Below are positions 1-9,776 of a DNA stretch of 12,933 bases, piece after piece. The position numbers and the translations under genes are program-made. Position 1 is the first letter of the stretch; each line of letters opens with the position of its first letter. A model generated the notes under the pieces. That model ran no database searches, was not told where the DNA came from, and saw nothing but the letters and a program-made list of their open reading frames with translations. Source of the stretch: Octopus sinensis (taxonomy: Eukaryota); NCBI RefSeq assembly GCF_006345805.1, contig NW_021826358.1, forward strand, positions 1-12,933, read 5' to 3'.

Positions 1-109
1 TCTCACCCTCAACTTGGGGCCTACATGACCACGACTGGCCATAGAAAGATAGCAGAGGAAGAAGTCCAGAGAGGGGCTCTTCCCTCAGGAGTTATAAAGC
101 TCTGGATAC

Positions 110-790
110 CAAATCCTTGTACTCCATCAGATTATCCACTTCCATCAGTGTCATGTTTCTCATCGAAACCATCATTATGTCTAACAGAAATTCTGATTTT
201 TTTTTTTATCAAGCTGATAAAAACTATATTTAGACGATCTGCTTTGATCTTCTGGTCAGCCTGGACAGACAGGTCCTAGATGCTGATAGTCAAGTCGTTG
301 TCATGTAACATGTCTGGCACATGTTTATACTACTTTTCGATTTTGTAACCTTTAAGTGTCGGCACGTTGCCCAATGGACAGAACTATCCACACGTTAATT
401 TCTATGAAGATACACGGATTTGGCAAAGACTGGCTAAACAGGAAATGATGTAGGGAAGTGTCTCATTGTACTATCTGCACTTCGCGACAGTATCCGTTTT
501 CATTATTATTTTATTTTTGTAATTATTTTTGGTTTGGCATTGATCTTTTTGTACAACTAAAACCAGAACTTAGGTTTCTGTTTGTAGTCCAGACCTTTTT
601 AAGCTGCCATTGTTGGCTTTCACACTGGGTTACTTCCTCTTTGTCAAGACTTGCCGGGGATTGGCCACAGAGTTCGTTTGATTTTTATTTTCAACCATTT
701 TCTTCTCTATTATATTCCGAAACTCCATTTTGATTTCGTCCTTTGATTGTGTTCTAAATATTTCTGTTTGCCTTTTTCTATTGTTTTGGC
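110..790 (-). mobile_element. Decayed R4/Dong-clade non-LTR retrotransposon fragment (post-RT linker, CCHC zinc knuckle, restriction-like endonuclease), truncated at both ends
   Basis: Minus-strand translation across stops and frameshifts gives, in order: KSNELCGQSPASLDKEEVTQCESQQW / GLQTET*VLVLVVQKDQCQTKNNYKNKIIMKTDTVAKCR*YNETLPYIISC (~483-439) / SVHWATCRHLKV / K*YKHVPDMLHDNDLTISI*DLSVQADQKIKADRLNIVFI...EFLLDIMM...EYKDL (124-110). This is colinear with the R4/Dong C-terminal pattern W.xK.LHGQ...GL..ETE..I.A.QDQ...CRxC...ET..HI.S.C...VHW.LC...WYEH.P...WDF.IQTD..I.A.RPDIV...LID..VP...KY.DL. The catalytic PD is decayed to LN. Confidence 0.82.
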
Positions 791-827
791 TTTAAATCTT
801 TTTCTCTTTTTTCATTGTAATTAAACT

Positions 828-915
828 ATCATCATCGTCATCGTCATCATCATCATCCTCATCATCATCATCATCATTATCATCATCATCATCATCACCA
901 TTATTATGATTATTA

Positions 916-976
<61 letters not shown>

Positions 977-1042
977 GATTATTATTATTATTATTATTAT
1001 CATTATTATGATTATGATTATTATTATTACTACTACTACTAC

Positions 1043-1102
<60 letters not shown>

Positions 1103-1113
1103 TACTATTATCA

Positions 1114-1144
<31 letters not shown>

Positions 1145-1184
1145 TATTATCATTATTATTATCAATTATTATTATTATTATTAT

Positions 1185-1222
<38 letters not shown>

Positions 1223-1556
1223 TTGTTACTACTAATTCTGCTACTACTGCTACTACTACTACTACTTCTGTTACTACTACTAATGTTACTACTACTACTA
1301 CTACTGCTACTACTACTATCATTATTATTACTACTATTATAATTATCACCATCATTATTATTATTATTGTTGTTATTATTATTTTTATGAAGATGATGAT
1401 CATCATCATGATCGTCATCATTATCATCAGTATCATCATCGCATCATAATTTTCATCATTTTCATCATCATCGTTGTCGTCTTCATCATTGTTATCATCA
1501 TCATCATCATCATCATCATCATTGTTGTTATTGTTGTTGCCGTCGTCGTCGTTATT
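828..1556. repeat. Compound trinucleotide microsatellite (ATC/ATT/ACT, ending GTT/GTC)
   Basis: Directly visible blocks: (ATC)n ~828-900, (ATT)n ~901-1186 with short ACT islands, (ACT)n ~1186-1320, (ATT)n ~1320-1385, (ATC)n ~1395-1520, then GTT/GTC. It explains ORFs 792..1658, 821..1165, 906..1235 and 1436..1633. Confidence 0.97.
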
Positions 1557-1598
1557 CGGGTTCTTTTTTTTTTTTTCGTCCATCCTGTGTATTTCCAG

Positions 1599-1664
1599 TT
1601 CGAATTGTTTACCACGACACCAGGTGCATACACCTCGGCGATCGTGAAATGGATTCAATATTGA
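1599..1664 (+). CDS. Candidate 3'-terminal coding exon of an unknown host gene (FELFTTTPGAYTSAIVKWIQY*)
   Basis: Poly-T tract 1561-1576 followed by TATTTCCAG (AG at 1597-1598), then CpG-rich non-repetitive sequence reading 21 codons plus TGA in phase 0. An alternative phase reads RIVYHDTRCIHLGDREMDSILTLEKWRFVLHLISRR*. No protein family recognised. Confidence 0.25.
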   Translation, partial: FELFTTTPGAYTSAIVKWIQY

Positions 1665-1894
1665 CTTTAGAGAAATGGCGCTTTGTGTTGCATCTAATTA
1701 GTCGGCGGTAGTTGGATGGTGTGCAGCGCTTTGTCGTCTGGGTTTAATGTGCGTCTTCTTTGCAGCAAATGTTTGCTGCTGCTGCTGTTTTTTTATGTTG
1801 TCGTTGGTGTTGCTGTTGTTGCTGTTGATACTGTTGCTGTTAACGTTATTGTTTTACTAATACTGTTGGATAATGATGGCGTAGAACATGAGCT

Positions 1895-1914
1895 GTGTGT
1901 GTGTGTGTGTGTGT

Positions 1915-1945
<31 letters not shown>
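1895..1945. repeat. (GT)n microsatellite
   Basis: Near-perfect GT run with one GTCT interruption. Confidence 0.97.
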
Positions 1946-2002
1946 AATGATTGTGTATATTTTTTATGTGGTGTTCAATTGGAAAGTGTTTTGTGTAGAA
2001 AG

Positions 2003-2100
2003 GATTATTATTATTATTATTATTATTATATTATATTATTATTATTATTATTATTATTATTGTTATTATTATTATTATTATTGATGTTATTATTTTTATT
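2003..2100. repeat. (ATT)n microsatellite, left flank of the 2101-2604 element
   Basis: Imperfect ATT run directly visible. Confidence 0.95.
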
Positions 2101-2604
2101 GAGTAAGAGAGCAGTGCATGCCATCAAAGTGACACTGGGGTAAAATATACGAAGCCCAGTATATCCAACATGACTACCCGTCTGATAAGGGTACACCAGG
2201 CACATGCATCAAAACCATATGTGCAAGACATAGTGATCTCATATCAAGATAAACAGCACAAGACCTCGCAAGTGGGACCCAGTTAGAATTTTCTTCAAAA
2301 GGTCCCTGAATAAGGGTTGTTTAAGGATGTTGACCGAACCACCCATGCTTCCAGAGGCGAAATATTCAAACCCCAAAGAATCCCTCTCAACACATGGCTA
2401 TGATGCTCCCCCACTACGTCTGATCGTGATCATAGATGCACATATCGTCAGTCACTAAGGGACATGCTCAACTGGTTAAGGTCAAACAACTGACAAACAA
2501 ATCTGTGGCATTGAGCAGAATATTTGCTGTAGACCATCTTTTATACCAAGACAAACCGATCTACATTATAACACTTCCAATCAGTTAAGATCAGAAGCCA
2601 TGAG
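2101..2604. mobile_element. ~500-bp non-coding interspersed element embedded in (ATT)n
   Basis: Complex, more GC-rich sequence (GAGTAAGAGAGCAGTGCATGCCATCAAAGTGACACTGGGG...GATCAGAAGCCATGAG) with abrupt ATT arrays on both sides. No tRNA A/B boxes, no terminal inverted repeats and no long ORF. It resembles an abundant octopus repeat (recollection, not verified). Confidence 0.65.
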
Positions 2605-2683
2605 ATTATTATTATTATTATTATTATTATTATAATTATTATTATTATTATTATAATAATTATTATTATTATTATTATCATTA

Positions 2684-2720
<37 letters not shown>
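2605..2720. repeat. (ATT)n microsatellite
   Basis: Near-perfect ATT run between the 500-bp element and a SINE. Confidence 0.97.
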
Positions 2721-2722
<2 letters not shown>

Positions 2723-2960
2723 GGTGGCGAGTTGGCTAAATCGTTAGCACCCCAGGCGTAGAGCTTAGCGGAATTTCGCCCCTCTTTACTTGTGAGTTCA
2801 ATTCAGAAGTCAGGGTCGACTTTGCTGTCCATCCTTTGCTTTTCATACTTTTGGCGTCAATAAAAGTACCAGTTGAGTACTGGAGTACTGGAATCGATGT
2901 AATCGACTAGCCCTCTCCCCTAATATTTCAGGCCTTGTGCCTGTAGTAGAAGGGATTATT
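2723..2960 (+). mobile_element. tRNA-derived SINE, family 1 (probably Meta/MESC-type core), tail type A ending in ATT
   Basis: Head GGTGGCGAGTTGGCTAAATCGTTAGC (A-box-like), GAGTTCAATTC (B-box-like), core GGTCGACTTTGC..TCCATCCTTT...AAAGTACCAG, ATCGATGTAATCGAC, tail GGCCTTGTGCCTGTAGTAGAAGGGATTATT. Alignable by eye to the copies at 4811-5019, 11668-11885 and 12508-12739. Confidence 0.88.
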
Positions 2961-3036
2961 ACTGTTATTTTTATTACATATTTTTTCCATGACACTCTTT
3001 TATAAAATTAGTTTATGATGAAATTTCCTTTCCTTC

Positions 3037-3255
3037 ATCTTGTTGGGGGGACAAACACAGACACACAAACACACACACACACACAGATACATATACATAT
3101 ATACGACGGGCTTCTTTCAGTTTCCGTCTACCAAATCCACTCACAAGGCTTTGGTCGACCCGAAACTGTAGTAGAAGACACTTGCCCAAAGTGCCACGTA
3201 GTGGGACTGAACCCGGAACCATGTGGTTGGTAAGCAAGCTACTTACCACACAGCC
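3037..3255 (-). mobile_element. tRNA-derived SINE, family 2, truncated just after its internal (TA)/(TG) microsatellite
   Basis: Minus strand: GGCTGTGTGGTAAG (A-box-like)...GGTTCCGGGTTCAGTCCC (B-box-like)...GGGCAAGTGTCTTCTAC...GCCTTGTGAGTGGATTTGGTAGACGGAAACTGAAAGAAGCCCGTCG, then TATATATG/GTGTGT and GTGTTTGTCCCCC. Homologous to 3817-4280. Confidence 0.88.
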
Positions 3256-3816
3256 GAGTGTATTTGAAAATAAAATAGGTGATACCGTTGGGTACCGTAA
3301 AAGGAATTGAAACGGGTCTTGCATTTTTCACTTTCGTTGAACATCATTCGTACTATATTGTCTCTGCATCTGAGAGACGCAAGACCGTGAAACCAGAAAC
3401 GACAGAGGTGCGGTGGTATAGAAATATGTCTATTTTTCTAGATTGAAGTCAAACGTTTTATCTTAACCTCAAGCCAGAATCCAATAAATGAACTTCATTA
3501 CAATTTGGGAACTAATCGTAAGAAATTCATCGTCACCATGACAACTAACTATGATAACTAGCTTTACGCTGTTGATCAGAAATTAGATTCTATTACCTTT
3601 GATTGCTTTTATCTCATCTTAATCACTATTAACATCTCGGCAATTAACATGAAAGGATTATCCAGTGAAGAAACACAGTTTGAATTTTGCTGCACAGGAC
3701 CTGATTGGTGAGGCAAAGAATAAATATCCAGCTACCTATGTTCACTTCTTTACATATTTGTTTTAGTCTTGTGCAACTCTAGCATATAAACAACTTTGAA
3801 AAACTTGAATGCGACC

Positions 3817-3935
3817 GCTATGTGGTTAAGGATATCGCTCTAGTGGTATCGGATTCCGTCTTACTACGCAGCACCTTGCGCCATCTGATGATTTGTGAAT
3901 GAACTTAGTAAATGGAAACTGTGTGGAAGGCCATC

Positions 3936-3972
<37 letters not shown>

Positions 3973-4280
3973 TGTATGTATGCATGTGTGTATGTATGTA
4001 TGTATGTATGTATGTATGTATGTATATATGTATGTACGTGTGTGTGTATGTGTGTGTCAAAGGGAGTGCGCGTATTCGTGTTTGATCTTGTTGCCCCACA
4101 CACACACAATCTGAAAACCGGTGTTGGCTTATTTGCATCTCCGTAACTTAACGTTTCCGTAAGAAACCCGATAGAATAAGCACTAGACTTTAAAAATAGG
4201 TTTTTGTAGGACTTAAACTTTCAAGGCAAAGCTCAAGCATGGCCGCAATCCAATTACTGAAACAAGTAAAAAAATAATAA
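3817..4280 (+). mobile_element. Older, near full-length SINE family 2 copy with an internal (TA)n/(TATG)n expansion
   Basis: GCTATGTGGTTAAG head, degraded core GATTTGTGAATGAACTTAGTAAATGGAAACTGTGTGGAAGGCCATC, microsatellite ~3938-4058, then a 3' module (GAAAACCGGTGTTGG...CCGTAACTTAACG...CGATAGAATAAGCACTAG...AGCATGGCCGCAATCCAATTACTGAAACAAGTAAAAAAATAATAA). Confidence 0.72.
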
Positions 4281-4686
4281 ATGAAAGGCAAGATAAAAGG
4301 TAAACTATAACTGAGGAGATATATAAAAACAGAAACTTGTCTACAGCTGATGAAATCTTTTACATACGTGAAATTTAGAAAAAACCTGACTGTTACCGAA
4401 TTTTAATCGTCACTTTTTCTCTTACACTAAAGGTCAATTCTATCTTAAAACAGAAGAAAAGGAATAAACTCAATATTACATTTCTGTTTCCAGGAAAACA
4501 GAAAGAAAACATGACGAGTGAATTTACATAACAAAGCTATCTTATCTACCTTTTATATTAATGTACTAACAGTAGATTCCTGTGGTGTAAAAAAACTGTC
4601 ACTCTGATCTGCCACGTTGTGGAAAGGGGATGCTAAATGAATGTGTAGGAGAGGGAAGAGAGAGCAAGTGTGAAAGAGGGAGACAA

Positions 4687-4722
<36 letters not shown>
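4687..4722. repeat. (GAAA)n microsatellite
   Basis: Directly visible. Confidence 0.95.
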
Positions 4723-4723
<1 letters not shown>

Positions 4724-4810
4724 GAGACTTGATGAGAAAGAGAACTTCAAACGAACGCTCCTGGCACATACACACAACATGCATCTATCCATCTGTCTGT
4801 CTATCTTTTA

Positions 4811-5019
4811 TACTGGTTTCACATTTTGGTACAAGACCAGAAATTTTGAAAGCAGAGGTAAGTCGATTACATCGACCCCAGCTATTTGTTTTATCGACCC
4901 CCGAAAGGATTAAAAGGTAAAATCGACCGCGGCGGAATTTGAACTCAGAACGTAAAGAAACACAAAATGCCACTAATGATTTCGCTCGGCATGCTAACGA
5001 TTCTTGCCAGATAACTGCC
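4811..5019 (-). mobile_element. tRNA-derived SINE, family 1, tail type B
   Basis: Plus strand shows GTCGATTACATCGACCCC...TATCGACCCCCGAAAGGAT..AAAGG.AAA.TCGACC.CGGCGGAATTTGAACTCAGAACG...GCATGCTAACGATTCTTGCCAG, the reverse complement of the family-1 head and core. Tail on the minus strand is GGTCTTGTACCAAAATGTGAAACCA. Confidence 0.88.
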
Positions 5020-5215
5020 TATCTATCTATTGCGCTGAAGTGATAATGAGATGATAAAAATGTGTGCAAGAGGGTGAGAGAGAGAAGGAGAGATTCAAAT
5101 GCAGGCTACTGATATATACAGACATACACACACAAGAACGATGCTGACGCACGCACACGCGCAATGTACACACACTCACACACTCACACGCACACACGCA
5201 CTCGCACAGACGACA

Positions 5216-5556
5216 TCTCTACATATAAACGGCAAAATGTCTGTGTGTGTGTCCTTTATACAAATTCACAATTTTTTCACTTAGAGGGGTCGCACTTTCT
5301 ATGGTCATTTAAAACCGTCCAAGCGTGGTCGTGCACCTCTTTACATTTCCCCACTCACTCTGCAAAGCCATTAAAAAATCAATAGAAGGGACGTTTTTGT
5401 GAATTTTCTATCCAAAACCCAATCAAAATGCCCAGAACTTGATACCCAATTGAATGCCAGCTAGCTGTATGTGATTGGTCGGAGATTTGGACAGTACTCG
5501 CGTGTATGTGCGCACGCACGCAGCTGTATATGCATGCACTAGCACTATAGTGCTAG
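5216..5556 (+). mobile_element. Non-autonomous Helitron-like element (341 bp)
   Basis: Starts A|TC (A5215, TCTCTACATATAAACGGCAAAATGTCTGTGTGTGTGTCC) and ends CTAG|T (5553-5556, T5557). The terminal 18-bp perfect palindrome is CTAGCACTATAGTGCTAG (5539-5556). No target-site duplication or terminal inverted repeats, matching Helitron A/T insertion rules. Confidence 0.62.
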
Positions 5557-5954
5557 TCTACATTAAATATGGGATACCCTTGGTGTCAACTTGTCGATAT
5601 GAAAGACATAAACATTTTTTCTGAACCGTAAACTAGTTTACTGGACGATGATGTTGCTGCCTATCACCACCTTTTCCCTCTTTATTAGAGATCGAACATG
5701 TCTATGGAGTAGAAACCAATTTTATATTTTTGCCGTTGCGTTGTTCCTCATATCAATACACTTTGCTTTATTAAGTTTCGTTCTATTTTAAGTAAGCAAA
5801 CACAATTTTTATATGAGAAAAATCATGAGGCTACTCTCACATTTTTCTCGAACTAAAATATTTAGCAAAAAGTAAATATATGTGCGCAAATATAATTCTA
5901 GTTTGGGTATTAGCAAAATTTATTAGCATATTGTGAGCTTAACTGTACACAAAC

Positions 5955-5962
5955 TATATGTG

Positions 5963-5997
<35 letters not shown>

Positions 5998-6018
5998 TTG
6001 TGTATGAATGTTTATGCA

Positions 6019-6050
<32 letters not shown>

Positions 6051-6302
6051 GTATATATATATATATGTATATATGTATATGTATATGCATATGTGCATAA
6101 ATATATGTATATGTATGTGTATATATATATATGTGTGTGTGTATATATGTATATGTATATGTGCATATATATACGTATACGTATGTGCATAAATATATAT
6201 ATGTATATATATATGTATATGTGCATATACATATATATGTATGTGCATATATATATATATATGTATATGTATATGTGCATATATATATGTATATGTATGT
6301 GC

Positions 6303-6337
<35 letters not shown>

Positions 6338-6595
6338 ATATATCCACAACCAAACCTACGTACATATGTGCATAACTGTATATTCATATATCTATGCGTA
6401 CACACGAATCATTTTTATACGTATACATCTGTATGTGCGCATATGTGTGTATGTTCGCATGCATGTATATATCTGTATATGTATGCATTTATATAGCATT
6501 ATATACGTACACACATTGTACACGTGCACACGCGTATACATATGTAGAGAAATGTAAGCCTGTAAGTGTACGCGTATATATATGACGAAAGAAGC

Positions 6596-6622
<27 letters not shown>
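5955..6622. repeat. Compound (TA)/(TG)/(TATG) low-complexity tract ending in (GA)n
   Basis: Directly visible. It explains all overlapping Y/I/T/H/M/C-rich ORFs at 5923-6649. Confidence 0.96.
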
Positions 6623-6627
<5 letters not shown>

Positions 6628-7129
6628 GCTGCAAAATGGAGATGAACACATAGGCACGTAGATATATTACAGATGTATGTCTCTGTGCAAGTTTGAATGT
6701 GTGAAATTTGTTTACTTACACATGGGCAATCGCATACTAAATGCAGTGAAATGACACAACATTTAATTTCTTGCCTACTTATTTAGCAGCATATGCAATA
6801 CGAGAACGAAATTACACAAATGAAATTCATACACACACAAACACACACGTTCGGCTTTACCTGCATAAACACATTGCGAAGACATATTCTGTTCTGCAGT
6901 TAATGTAAGCCTAACCCGTAATAAGTGAAAGAAATATATGCAAAACTGATCACCATGAAGGCGAGAGGAATATATGGTACAATAGCATGTAATTGGCAGA
7001 ATGTTCGCGAAAATGCTTTTGTTGTGTATATGCATGTAGTTACCTTACTGAAAAATGTTGCTCAAACATAGATGCATAGAACGATATATTTGAGTAAATA
7101 CATATGTTTCTATGTATAAGTATTTGTGT

Positions 7130-7132
7130 GCG

Positions 7133-7172
<40 letters not shown>

Positions 7173-7497
7173 CTTATTTATATATTTATTTACTTATTTA
7201 TGTATTTATATGGGGGAGTCTGTGTGTGTGTGTAGATATGTATATATGCTAGCATTATTAAAATTCTATGTAATGCATGTCAATTTATAATATAGCAGCT
7301 ATACTTATTTATCAGATGATATTTAAAAAAAGAAATAGCAACCTATAAATGATTTTATTTGTACATTTGTGCATATGTGTATTTGTGTACATGCGTGTGT
7401 ATGTATGTGTACATATATATATATGTATATATGAATATAGAAATTTTTATATTTATATATGTACATATATATTCATATACTTATGTCTATACACGTG

Positions 7498-7547
<50 letters not shown>

Positions 7548-7980
7548 TGTTATATAGTATATAAAATGAAATATAATATATATCTATTTTGATAAACATA
7601 CAATTCCAGAGCGTGGCTAAAATTACATATTGACAAAAAAAGTATACTCTGTCTTATATTTCAGCATCAGAGTAAGTATATATGTCTCTATCTATCCATC
7701 TATCAATCTACATATTTATTTATCTGTGTATATACCTATCTGTCTATAAAGGTAGATGTAGATAGATAGATTGATAGATAGATAGATAGATATGTACATG
7801 AATATATATATATATGCGTTGACATGTATGAATTTATCAAAATCATATATATATATATATATATATGCACATATATAAAATATATATATGTATTCTTTAG
7901 CATGCATTATGGTTGTGTGTTTGTGTGTGTACGTGTGAGTGTATGTGTGAGCGTGCATATATGTGTGTGTGTGCGTGTGG
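7130..7980. repeat. Patchy (TA)n, (TG)n and (GATA)n low-complexity region
   Basis: TA runs at ~7138-7170, ~7502-7540 and ~7845-7890; GATA ~7760-7790; TG ~7915-7978. Confidence 0.9.
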
Positions 7981-8200
7981 GGGCGGATGTAACATTAAGT
8001 TCCAATTTCGAATTGTAGAAGAAATATCTATTTAAATGAGTAAGATGTTTCAAATTAACCATAGATTTTCATACACTATGTTGCATCATTAGTTTAATGC
8101 CTGTGAGTAATGTAACACTCTACTACTTCAACTCACATTTGAAAATCTCTTTTTTGCATATGTAATATATAATATTATATATATTATATCAAATATGAGC

Positions 8201-8238
8201 AAAATGACTGCCATTTACGTATGTATGGCAGCCATTTT
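8201..8238. other. Short inverted repeat (14-bp arms, 1 mismatch, 10-nt spacer)
   Basis: AAAATGACTGCCAT (8201-8214) versus ATGGCAGCCATTTT (8225-8238). Confidence 0.8.
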
Positions 8239-8484
8239 TCTTCTATCAAATTTTGACTTTTTAATAGCGACTACACCACAAAGATATAGATATCACATAG
8301 ATATCACCTTTACACGAAAAATCTATCGACGTTTAGGAATGCATAGATATGAGTGAAGGTTACAAGGTATTCAAAACATAGCTCAGAACCATATTTAAGC
8401 AGAACATTGAGCTTTACATTGGTGAACTTCTACATAAACAGACAATTATGAAACAAATATACATGTATGCATATTAACATACAT

Positions 8485-9100
8485 TATGGCTGTCCATTCG
8501 TGACCGAGGAAGACCATTACCTACCAGTAAGAACATTGTGCACACAAACAGCAATTCCCTTGCAAAATGCCAGCTATGCCTGCAAAATGTTAGGTTCACC
8601 TATTGATTATGACCCAGAGATAAGCCGAGGTCGGACAACTAGTGCCAGTATGGGTTGCAGGCTTGGGGATGTAGGAGCGCATGATCTCGGTCGCAAGCAA
8701 AAGATCCCTTAAATATTCAATGCCATTCCCTGCATATCCAGTTTAATATCAGAGTGACCTTCACCAGACACATGTTTTAATATAAGCTATGGGCAGCCTT
8801 AATCCTAGTGGCCTTCCATCTCCCCGGAACCCAACCCGGAATTTCTGAAGGCCCGTGTATTTGCTAGATATTCGTTGGACCTACACTAGGTCCTTCCGTC
8901 TTTTTGACAAGTCTTGTTTTTAGTCCTGCTGGGTTTCGAGCAACACTCATCACTAGGTTAGGTTCAATAGAGGCTAAATTTGTCTGAGCGTGATGCCTGC
9001 TACTGATGACGTGCATTGACTTAGAAATCCGGTTTCATCAATTCTACCGTTATTGCTGGGCGATTTTCGTGTATTAGTGATATTTTTATGAGCTTTTTAC
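8485..9100. mobile_element. GC-elevated complex segment, probable retroelement relic of unresolved family
   Basis: Clearly higher GC than its flanks and bounded by AT/microsatellite sequence. The minus-strand end ATGGTCTTCCTCGGTCACGAATGGACAGCCATAATG resembles RTE-type 3' ends. The plus strand gives ...PLPTSKNIVHTNSNSLAKCQLC. Neither reading is confirmed by further motifs. Confidence 0.3.
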
Positions 9101-9209
9101 AATTTTGCGTTTATAAGGAATGCATTCTCAAGTCAAATTTCACAAGTGTGTATCCATGTCAAGTCAGATATATAGAATGCTATATACATACAGATGCCTA
9201 CATTCATAC

Positions 9210-9743
9210 ATGCATGCATACAATCATGGGTTTATACATATGTACATACATAAAAACATGTATATAAACATGCATTCAGATACATGCATAGGCACACCTC
9301 CATACATACACACATTCACGTCTACGCCTATTCACACATATACATGTACATAGACATACACACATATACACATGCATATACACTTGCATATATATATACA
9401 TGCATGCATACTCACACCCAATCACATACATATACATACATACATACATACATATATGTCTACATACATATACGTATATACACATAAACCTGCATACATA
9501 CACACATATGCATACACAAACATGTACGTACATACGTCCATATAGCCATATATAAGTACATACATACACCATACATACACACATACATAAACACACATAC
9601 ATACATACATATATACATACATACATATAAACGTGCATTCACACATATATACACACACATATATACGTACATACATATATACATAAATACGTACATACAT
9701 ACGCACAACATGCATACATACAAACATACATACATACAAACAA

Positions 9744-9776
<33 letters not shown>

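Noticed and set aside
25-279. 84-aa plus-strand ORF MTTTGHRK...
   Set aside because: Mostly antisense to the R4 endonuclease relic. The first ~35 codons have no recognisable family and cannot be evaluated at the window edge.
792-1658. 288-aa minus-strand ORF rich in N/D/I/V
   Set aside because: It is the translation of a trinucleotide array that lacks stops in one phase; there is no domain content.
1620-1661. PGAYT...WIQ resemblance to the trypsin-family C-terminal PGVYT...WI motif
   Set aside because: Spacing is two residues short and the preceding G(I/V)VSWG..C motif is absent.
4470-4530. Acceptor-like TTTCTGTTTCCAG at ~4480-4492
   Set aside because: All three frames stop within 13 codons, with no good donor or recognisable peptide.
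5628-5641. 14-bp palindrome GTAAACTAGTTTAC
   Set aside because: Isolated and AT-rich, with no associated boundary or partner; compatible with chance.
8530-8585. TSKNIV...CQLC as a Penelope GIY-YIG start
   Set aside because: Spacing is too long, and the Y(I/V)G.T and R..EH motifs are absent.
9003-9045. CTGATGA...GAAA, hammerhead-ribozyme-like core (similar words at ~4346, ~10780 and ~12073)
   Set aside because: No paired stem II between CTGATGA and GAAA, and no supporting stems I and III.
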